From Macrostomum lignano (taxonomy: Eukaryota), in NCBI GenBank assembly GCA_002269645.1, contig NIVC01001003.1, positions 186,001 through 250,000 of the forward strand: a stretch of 64,000 nucleotides of DNA, read 5' to 3'. Numbering within the stretch: the stretch's first letter is position 1; each line of letters starts with the position of its first letter. The position numbers and the translations under genes were made by a program. The notes below the pieces were generated by a model. The model worked only from the letters and a program-made list of their open reading frames with translations, was not told the origin of the DNA and made no database searches. This document shows positions 1 through 10,700 of this stretch, piece by piece.

Positions 1-1310
1 TGAAGGGTGTCTGTGCTGGATGGGGTGTGTCTGTGATGGATGAAGAGTGTCTGTGATGGATGGGGGTGTCTGTGATGAATGAAGAGCTGTCTGTGATGGA
101 TGGGGGTGTCTGTGATGAATGAAGGGCTGTCTGTGATGGATGGGGGCGTCTCTGATGAATGAGGTATCTGTGATGGGGGGTTTCACAAACTCGAAATTTC
201 ACAACGTCGAAAGCACCTTCTTTCACAAGGTCGAAATTTCACAACGATGAAAACTACTGCATAGTTCTTGCTATATTAAGTTTTCGATGTTGTGAAATTT
301 CGACCTTGTGAAAGCATCCCCTGTGATGAATGGGGGTGTCTGTAATGGATGATGAAGGTTGTTTGCGATGGATGGGGGTGTCTGTAATGGATGATGAAGG
401 TTGTCTGCGATGGATGGGGGTGTCTGTAATGGATGATAAAGGTTGTCTGCGATGGATGGGGGTGTCTGTGATGGATGGGGGTGTTTGCGATGGATGATGA
501 AGGTTGTCTGCGATGGATGGGGGTGTCTGTGATGGATGATGAAGGTTGTCTGCGATGGATGGGGGTGTCTGTGATGGATGATGAAGGTTGTCTGCAATGG
601 ATGGGGGTGTCTGTGATGGATGAAGGGCTGTCTGTGATGGATGAAGGGCTGTCTGTGATGAATGAAGGGCTGTCTGTGATGGATGGGGGTGTCTGTGATG
701 GATGGGGATGTCTGTGATGGATGAAGGGTGTCTTCGATGGATGGGGGTATCTGATGGATGAAGGGTGTCTGTGATGGATGAAGGGTGTCTGTGATGGATG
801 AAGGGTGTCTGTGATGGATGGGGGTGTCTGTGATAGATAGGGGTGTCTGATCGATGGCCATCTCTATGATGGATGTGTCTGTGATGGATGGGGGTGTCTG
901 TGATGGATGGGGATGCCTGTGATGGATGGGGGTGTCTGTGATGGATGGGGGTGTCTGTGATAGATGGGGGTGTCTGTGATGGATGGGGGTGTCTGTGATG
1001 GATGGGGGTGTCTGTGATGGATGGGGGTGTCTGTGATGGATGAAGGGTGTCTTCGATGGATGGGGGTATCTGATCGATGAAGGGTGTCTGTGATGGATGA
1101 AGGGTGTCTGTGATGGATGAAGGCTGTCTGTGATGGATGAAGGGTGTCTGTGATGGATGGAGGTGTCTGTGATGGATGGGGATGTCTGTGATGGATGAAG
1201 GGTGTCTTCGATGGATGGGGGTATCTGATCGATGAAGGGTGTCTATGATGGATGAAAGGTGTCTGTGATGGATGGGGGTGTCTGTGATGGATGAAGGGTG
1301 TCTGTGATGT
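1..1310. repeat. Degenerate ~19-20 bp minisatellite (GATGGATGGGGGTGTCTGT-like), probably intronic
   Basis: Unit repeated dozens of times and interrupted at ~181-315; the ORFs 271..861 and 864..1391 are translations of the repeat. Confidence 0.95.
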
Positions 1311-1458
1311 ATGGAGACCTATAAATGGTTTCCTAGAAGTCATGAATGGTGACTGGGAATGGCTGTCTAAGAGTATCCAAATGATGTGCAAACTTTTAAA
1401 GACGCAGTGCGCAGTTGTCTACTATCTACATAGCGCAATAAATTCAACTGCCGCACAG

Positions 1459-2299
1459 GACGATGGACGACGACGGCTTCAGCCGGCTGTGCGCCGAAGA
1501 CGCCAACGCAAACCGGCTGAATGGCGGCGCTTTGCTGGGCCCCATCGCTACTGAGGCGAATACGAAGTCGCAGTTTATCAGTCCTGTAGACGATGCTGAG
1601 CCCAGCTTTGCCCAGTGCGTTGGCAAGAGCAGCTTTCACCGGGTGAACCATAAGCTCGCCGACAATGTCAATGATCAAACGTGCACCGGAAAAGTCGACG
1701 AAGAAAAAGGCATCGACAATGTCGACGGAGGAAAAGTCACCGACAGTGTCGACGGAAGAAAGGTCACCGACAATGTCGACGGAGGAAAAGACACCGACAA
1801 TGTCGACGGAGGAAAAGGCATCAACAATGTCGACGGAGGAAAAGACACCGACAATGTCGACGGAGGAAAAGACACCGACAATGTCGACGAAGGAAAAGAC
1901 ACCGACAATGTCGACGGAGGAAAAGACACCGACAATGTCGACGGAGGAAAAGACACCGACAATGTCGACGGAGGAAAAGACACCGACAATGTCGACGGAG
2001 GAAAAGACACCGACAATGTCGACGGAGGAAAAGACACCGACAATGTCGACGGAGGAAAAGACGCAGACAATGTCGACGAAGGAAAAGACACCGACAATGT
2101 GGACGGAGGAAAAGACGCAGACAATGTCGACGAAGGAAAAGACACCGAAAATGTCGACGATGGAAAAGGCACCGATAATGTCGACCTAGGAAAAGGCACC
2201 GACAATGTCGACGGAGGAAAAGGCACCGACAGTGTCGACGGAAGAAAAGACATCGACAATGTCGACGGAGGAAAAGGCACCGACAGTGTCGCAGACTAG
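1459..2299 (+). CDS. Probable terminal exon of a gene starting before the window; acidic protein with ~22 nonapeptide repeats (GGKDTDNVD/GGKGTDNVD)
   Basis: Acceptor-like CCGCACAG ends at 1458; open frame to TAG 2297-2299; non-repetitive ~80-aa lead; the 27-bp unit preserves frame. Caveat: other frames are also open across the repeat. Confidence 0.5.
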
Positions 2300-2743
2300 T
2301 ACACGGAGAATATTTTGTCTGAAAAGCTGTTTTACTTTACTCAATCAACCATGTTGCAATATATTTAGTTAACAGAATATATATTACAATTTAAATTGAT
2401 AACAATCAGGAATTTTTATGCCTGTATTGATTCATTATTCATATTTTTATCACATTGTCTGAAGTTGGTATTGTATATTAAGGAGTGCTTTTTTTACTTC
2501 TACCACGTCTGTACTTGTTATCTAGTTCAGTCTCTGCTGTAAGACCAGGTGCGCTTGTTCTTATTTTGCATTTCTACCCTCTGTTTAATTGCCTTAGCGA
2601 CGGCTGTTACTAACGCACTAGGCACTACTATGCTCCCTACCGTTTTCTACCTGACTACAAACGCAGTTTTTTATACACCTTTTTGCTAGTCTATTTATTA
2701 TTATTGTCTTTGTAATTGAGTTGCTGTGCTAATTTGTCCATTT

Positions 2744-3188
2744 CTGTTTTACATATCAGGATAATGCCTACTTACAGTAGTTTCCCCTTGCAAAGTTGGC
2801 CTAGATTGGTTGCATTCAGCTGTTTTACATATCAGGATAATGCCTACTTACAGTAGTTTCCCCTTGCAAAGTTGGCTTAGATTGGTTGCATTCTGTTTTA
2901 CATATCAGGATAATGCCTACTTACAGTAGTTTCCCCTTGCAAAGTTGGCCTAGATTGGTTGCATTCAGCTGTTTTACATATCAGGATAATGCCTACTTAC
3001 AGTAGTTTCCCCTTGCAAAGTTGGCTTAGATTGGTTGCATTCTGTTTTACATATCAGGATAATGCCTACTTACAGTAGTTTCCCCTTGCAAAGTTGGCCT
3101 AGATTGGTTGCATTCAGCTGTTTTACATATCAGGATAATGCCTACTTACAGTAGTTTCCCCTTGCAAAGTTGGCCTAGATTGGTTGCA
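2744..3188. repeat. Tandem repeat with alternating 76/73-bp units
   Basis: Units start at 2744, 2820, 2893, 2969, 3042 and 3118. Confidence 0.95.
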
Positions 3189-3590
3189 GTTTAGACTATT
3201 TATTTATTATTTAATTACCTTGCTTATTTATATAAGCGCCGCGATATTTTTGTTACTACATAGTTCTTTTATTTTGTTTGAAGTGCGTGTGGAATCAAAG
3301 TCGCATGCCATATCGTGGATTAATTAGTTTTTAAAGAATTTTTTAATACTTGGGTATAAAATAAATAAAAATATCGCTATTAATAAATTTCAATTTCGAG
3401 GTTCTATAATAATCCAGCCAATTTTTATTTATTCTTTTTAAAAATCTTTTTTAAGTATAATATAAAAATAGGAGTAAAAATCGAGTCGGGTTTCAGTAGA
3501 GCCGATCGGGATGTGAATTAAGATATTTCTAAGTTGGATTTTGTGCGATAATTTTTTTATTCGTCATATTTCTGCTGTTCCAGTTAATTT

Positions 3591-4742
3591 ATGCGCGGCA
3601 ATCATCGGAGTGCTGGGCCTGGTCGCAACTCTGCTAGTTACCATAGCAACCAGGGCAACAGAGACGGCGTCAGTAACTACCATGGCAACGTAGCTGGCGT
3701 CAGTCGTTACCATGGTAACAAAGGTGGCGGTAATCGTTACTATGGCAACAGAGGCGGTGTCAGTGGATATCATGGCAACGGAGGCTTTGTTTCTCGTTAC
3801 CATGGCAACCGAGGTGGCAGAATTTCATTGCCAAATTCTGACCAGGACAAGCGAAGCTTTCTGCAACAGCTCGGCTCCAGTGCCAACCCCACCAGCAGCA
3901 GTAGTTTCCATGGCAACCGAGCAGCTTCAAATCCAACGCAGGCGGAGACTGCGGCTGCGGCATACGCAGATTTTAACTCCAATCGAATCTGGCAGCTGTT
4001 CGTTGAGAAACGTCAGACCGACGCCACCTACGCCAAGAAGCTGCTGCTGAGAGACACTCTGCAGTCGATTGTGTCGCCGACATTTCAGTCGGCTGGCATT
4101 TTCATTGTCGGTTCGTCGCTGAACGGATTCGGCACGAATAGCACGGATCTGGATCTCTGCTTGATGCTTACCAGTCAGGAGCTGCATCAGAAACGGGAGG
4201 CTGCGGCTGTGCTCACAATGATGCTTAAGCCGCTAAGGCAGTGCAGATTTCTCAACAGTGTCCAGCTGATTCACGCTAAGGTAAGCACATCGTTTATATT
4301 TCATGCTGAAATTATTGTGTACTATGCTACCTGTTATTCCGTAGTATGTAAGGAGTGTCGTAATTTTTTTTAATTTTTTTGCACCGATAGGTAAGAAGAG
4401 AGAGGCGAAGGTTGGGGTGGTTGTCTCGCTAAAAAAAGCAGACCAACTTTAAAAGTGCACAAACTCGAAATTTTACAAGATTGTGTCAAAACAGTTTATG
4501 ACTGTTTGTGTGTCGAATTTGAATCGGATTTGTAAAATTGCAGCAACGCTTTCGAAGATCTAGTAAAAAAATTTGCACCTTTTTAGCAGTTCTTTGTACT
4601 TTTACGCGTAGGTATCCTACTCGAGTTTTGTAACTTTTAATGTAGCCTAAAAGATTTTCCGTTGTGAGTTTAGGGTGGGTGGAAAATTTGGCGTTATTTG
4701 GCTGAGCGGTTTGGGAGTCCATAGCGAACAAATTTGTACACC

Positions 4743-4790
<48 letters not shown>

Positions 4791-7700
4791 CTAAGACACT
4801 AAGACACTAAGACACTAAGACAGACATACCAGTTTATGTGTGTTTACATGGACTGTTTATTTGATAATGCCTTAGGATCACCAGATTTTTTAACTAAACT
4901 AGTAAAAATATTGTCAGTGCCGTCCCCTGAGATCAGATTGTTTATTCTCTAAACCTTTAAAACCTTAAATCAATTAGTTGGAAAACGAAAGGTGTTCGCC
5001 GAAGTGAAGCAAATAAGCGGAATTATACATGGGATTAATTATACTTTGAAAACGAAAGGTGTTCGCCGAAGTGAAGCAAATAAGCGGCATTATACATGGG
5101 ATTAATTATGCTTTGAAAATGAAAGGTGTTCCGCCGAAATGAAGCAAATAAGCGGCATTATACATGGGATTAATTATGCTTTGAAAATGAAAGGTGTTCC
5201 GCCGAAATGAAGCAAATAAGCGGCATTATACATGGGATTAATTATACTTTGAAAACGAAAGGTGTTCGCCGAAGTGAAGCAAATAAGCGGCATTATACAT
5301 GGGATTAATTATGCTTTGAAAATGAAAGGTGTTCCGCCGAAATGAAGCAAATAAGCGGAATTATACATGGGATTATTTATAGTTTGAAAATGAAAGGTGT
5401 TCGCCGAAGTGAAGCAAATAAGCGGCATTATACATGGGATTATTTATAGTTTGAAAATGAAAGGTGTTCGCCGAAGTGAAGCAAATAAGCGGCATTATAC
5501 ATGGGATTAATTATACTTTGAAAACGAAAGGTGTTCGCCGAAATGAAGTAAATAAGCGGCATTATACATGGGATTATTTATAGTTTGAAAATGAAAGGTG
5601 TTCGCCGAAGTGAAGCAAATAAGCGGCATTATACATGGGATTAATTATACTTTGAAAATGAAAGGTGTTCCGCCGAAATGAAGCAAATAAGCGGCATTAT
5701 ACATGGGATTATTTATAGTTTGAAAATGAAAGGTGTTCGCCGAAGTGAAGCAAATAAGCGGCATTATACATGGGATTAATTATACTTTGAAAATGAAAGG
5801 TGTTCCGCCGAAATGAAGCAAATAAGCGGCATTATACATGGGATTATTTATAGTTTGAAAATGAAAGGTGTTCGCCGAAGTGAAGCAAATAAGCGGAATT
5901 ATACATGGGATTAATTATACTTTGAAAACGAAAGGTTTTCGCCGAAATGAAGTAAATAAGCGGCATTATACATGGGATTATTTATAGTTTGAAAATGAAA
6001 GGTGTTCGCCGAAGTGAAGCAAATAAGCGGAATTATACATGGGATTAATTATACTTTGAAAACGAAAGGTTTTCGCCGAAATGAAGTAAATAAGCGGCAT
6101 TATACATGGGATTATTTATAGTTTGAAAATGAAAGGTGTTCGCCGAAGTGAAGCTAGTTAATCTCAAGGCCTCTACATTACAAAGCTGAACAGCAATACT
6201 AATTTGGCTCATATTTACAGGTTTGAGGTTTTCAGCTAGTCAATCGATATTTTAAGTAAAAAATCACTCAATCTGGCACAGAAAAATGTATATAAGAACG
6301 CATAAATGTTAAGAATAAGATACATTAGTTTTACTTGACACTACTAAAGAGGTTTTCTAGCTGCATTCGTACATAAATTGAAGCTATAGCCAACACTACT
6401 CGTATTTTAAAAAATTGACAAATTGGAGTACAGAGAATTTGTCAAGATTTAACAGTTTTATGAGCCATTTGAACCAATCACTGCTTTCGGAGCTTCTGTA
6501 ATTCATTGGAGAATTTGCTCTTCAGCTTCAAAACTGGCCGGTCTTTCAGAGCCGGCTCATCCCGTTTAAGTTGTTGCAAGGCGTGCAGACCTGGCACCTT
6601 GCCTCCTGATTCTTCGAGCATCCTGGGAAAAGCGCGTCTGAATGCTGCCTCCTCTTCTGCTGACCATTTAACATGCAACTGCTTCACTTTCTTCACAGAG
6701 TTGCCACTTTTTTTATTTCAGCAGGAGGCTCATAAAGAGGGTCCTCACTTTCAGAATCAGTAGGCTTTATTGTCGGCGTTGTCCTCTTCTGCTTTTGAAG
6801 CGATAAAGGTGCGCAAAGATGATCAAGCTCGTCGGATTGTTGCACTGGATTTTCATTCTCCTTAAGTGATAGAGGTGCGCAAAGATGATCAAGCTCGTCG
6901 GATTGTTGCACTGGATTTTCGTTCTCCTTAAGTGATAGAGGTGCGCAAAGATGATCAAGCTCATCGGATTGTTGCACTGGATTTTCGTTCTCCTTAAGTG
7001 ATAGAGGTAAATAAAAAAGAATGATAGAATGATAAAAGAATCCCTCCGATTCTTTTAAGTCGGCATCAATGTCGTTAATCTTTATTTCTTCCAGCGTTTT
7101 GCCTTTCAGTTGCCCCAGCTTTCCTGCCTCGATCGCCAACATGAGTTTGCCCAACTCGATCGATCCGACCCAGCTCGATCGTTCTTATGTAAACGATAAA
7201 AAGTGTAATGCACCTTGATCATACATGCGCAACCTTGGGAATCACCCGGCCGCCTCTATTGGCAACACACACATGTAAGTCGCTATTGGCTGAGAGCAGT
7301 CACGTGACTACTATTCCGTCCAATAGCGACTTACATGTGTGTGTTGCCAATAGAAACGGCCGAGTGAATCCCAAGGTTGCGCCCAAGCATGACCTTGATG
7401 CTATGGTCCAGGTGCCTCGAAAGCCAGCCTAATTCATTCTCATTCAGCTCCAGCACTTGGGACGCAGTTGCAACATACTTTCGTAACTTTGTCGAAGTTA
7501 GTCGCTCAGGATGCCTTAGCTCTTGGCAGAATGAGACAACGTTTTGAATGGCTTCAAAAGGAGACATGTACCGCAGGCCATTCAGCTGACTAAAGACGTA
7601 TTCGTTTTTTTCGGGACAAGGACGAGCGCTGATAAGACCATCAATTAGCAGACCGACTTCTGTAGGCACGAGTAGAGGCACAGGATTTTCCGCTCGCTTT

Positions 7701-10700
7701 CCACGAACCCGTGGAAGTAACATTCGGTCTTTTATTTGAAACTCAAGATCACCGAGAACAGTTTGTGTCGTGTCGTCATTTTCATTTTGTTTGACCTTTT
7801 TTGCGGCTTCCCAGTTATGTAAAATCAATCGAAAAGTTTCAGAAGCTCGTCTTCTATTAAAACTCATGAGTCGAACTGCAATAAGTTCAGCTGCCTTTTT
7901 CCGTAATGCAGGCTCAGCCAAATCTTGAATTCTCTGCTCACTTAACGAGTGCTTGAGAAAGTATGTAATAGTCTTGATATCTTCCGTCAGAGGCAAAGTG
8001 TCATATTTGTCCGACTTTCTCTCCTTCAGTGTTAAAAGTGCAATGGTGGATACCTTTCGCTTCCAAATGCTTTCAAAGACAGATAGTTATAAAGTTACGT
8101 CTTTCCTCGACTTTAGTGGGAAGATCAGCCTTTAAAGCGGAGACTAACGAAATTTCTGCAGCAGTTTTTAAATGAAAGCCTATTTTCAAAGCTATGGATG
8201 GAACGTCAAGCTATATGAAGTTGCATCTGTCTGCTTTCTAAAAAAACCTGCTACTTGCTTTGTCGCGACAACAAGATCATCGAAGTTTGAAGCAGTTAAA
8301 ATATTCTCCAGATTAATTGACGGCTGACTCACACGTTTTCTGTGAGCAATTAATAAACGAGCAAGCTCCCTCATTTTGGTTGTTACTATTTATCAGTCTG
8401 TCTTTCCTGCTGTGTAGCTTTCGAACCATTTTTTCATCTTGGTTAATAAATCTTGATAGTCTTTAGGATATTGCGATGGAAGACAAAAAGAAAGTAGTAA
8501 GCAGCGACCTTGTGAGGCTGGATCTGACCGACACGTAGCTTCAGACACTGGTTTGTATCGGCAGCGGCTCCAGTGTCGGCTGATCTCTCGTCCGTCAAAA
8601 AATCCGAAGCAGTGTATGCTCGGAATGTAGTCATTCGAGTCTTCAGGTCTGCGACCATCGGTTCTTTCCCGGCAGACAATGATTCCTCCATCCTTCTCCT
8701 TCTTGAGTACGGCAATGTTGTGAGCAAAGTCACCAAGAAGACGCAGTCTGTCCATTGCCATGTTGTAACCTGTAATAAGGAGGTGTATGGATTGACAGGA
8801 TTAGGAAAGGAGGAAGATAGTCACTTCTTGTACTCGTATTTCCAGTGAATATTTTAACCCCTTAAAGTTGAAATTTACGAGCATTTACTTTCGAGAAAAT
8901 ATGCGTAATTTAATACAAAAGCATAATCATATATACATCGGAATTTAAGAGAACTATAGCAGCTAAAAAGACGTTTAGTTTATCTATATAGAAAACACAA
9001 CGAGTCTTAAGAGCATGAATTACGCGACTGTTACCTGGTCAGTGAATCTTGTTTGTCAGACAGGAAAACAAACAAGATAACAAACAGGATAACACGATGT
9101 TTCCCTGCAGGATTCGCATGAATTACCCGACTGTTACCTGGTCAGTGAATCTTGTTTGTCAGACCTAGGATAACAAACAAGATAACAAACAGGATAACAT
9201 GATGTTTCCCTGCAGGATTCGCATGAATTACCTGACTGTTACCTGATCAGTGAATCCTATTTGAATCTTGTTTGAAGCAAGGAAACGTAAGATTTCGTCT
9301 CGCAAACAGGATTCATACAAGATAAACATTTTGCATAACCGGAATAGAGCATGTTATCTTGTTTGAGCGAATGTTATCTTGTGGTGTTATCTGGTTTATT
9401 TACCAGAGGGTTACCTTCAGAATTTGCTACATGTGAAAGAGCTCGCTGTACATCTAGTTCAGAGCCATGAACATGAGTAGTATGCCGACGGATTTTCGAC
9501 AACAACTGGTTGCAGAAAAAAGCAGTTATGGCGCTTCTTCTCGAAAGAGCGAACTACTGGCTTCATAGCAGCCGGATACTCTTCATTACTGCAAGCATAA
9601 ACAAAATCTTTTAGCGAAGGATGCAAATCACTATCGAAGTAAGACAATGGATGAAGCTCGATATCACTAAATCAATAATACTCTCAGCCTCTGAGACGTC
9701 AGCTACGCTACATTCAGCCGTGAAGTATCCGTCCATACATTTTTCTGAAATTCTGCAATTAAAAAATGCCTCGGTATCACTATCATCTTCGTCCGTCGCA
9801 TCCAAATCAACCTTCTGCGTTCAACTACTGCAACAAGGACGAGATGGCGCACATCTAGCAGAAATGGGCGGACTTCGACGGGAATATGATGCGGCATTTC
9901 CACAATTAGCAACGAATTTCTAAGTCGGTCTTTGGTCATCAACGCCGCTCTTAGTCGGTCTCTGGCTATCAGAGCCGATCTTAGTCGGTCTCTGGCTATC
10001 AGAGCCGATCTTAGTCGGTCTCTGGCTATCAGAGCCGCTCTTAGTCGGTCTCTAACTATCAGAGCCGATCTTAGTCGGTCTCTGGCTATCAGCGCCGCTC
10101 CTAGTCGGTCTCTGGCTATCAGAGCCGCTCTTAGTCGGTCTCTGGCTATCAGAGCCGCTCTTAGTCGGTCTCTAACTATCAGCGCCGCTCCTAGTCGGTC
10201 TCTGGCTATCAGAGCCGCTCTTAGTCGGTCTCTGGCTATCAGAGCCGATCTTAGTCGGTTTCTGGCTATCAGAGCCGCTCTTAGTCGGTCTCTAACTATC
10301 AGAGCCGATCTTAGTCGGTCTCTGGCTATCAGAGCCGCTCTTAGTCGGTCTCTGGCTATCAGCGCCGATCTTAGTCGGTCGCCGTTTGTCAGAAAGATGT
10401 TTGGAGGCAAGCATACCGGACGCTTTCTTCATAAATTTCTCTTCACTAGTTCGTAGATTAATGGCTTTGAGCGCTTCGGCCTTGCTCACGTTTTTTACTG
10501 ATCGAAATGGCAGTCTTCGGCTCAGCCTCAGCATCGTCTTGGAGATCCGAAGAGGCCGCTGCTACCATCGGGACCGTGACGTCGCTTGTCATCTATGGAG
10601 AAAGTACAGTTTGTCAGGGTTGTCAGTCAGAACGTGAACGCGTACATACATTGCTGGCAGCTTCGGAAGGGTTTAGGTGGACCCACCCTAACACTTTCTC

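Noticed and set aside
271-1391. Long His/Pro/Thr-rich ORFs
   Set aside because: Translations of a minisatellite with no unique sequence or splice support
4975-6155. Regular ~66-bp array resembling CRISPR
   Set aside because: No unique spacers, no cas genes, and it lies in a eukaryotic intron
9703-10456. ALIARDRLR / SRSLAIRA repeat ORFs as part of the recombinase protein
   Set aside because: The reading frame could not be linked to the flanking exons; kept only as a repeat
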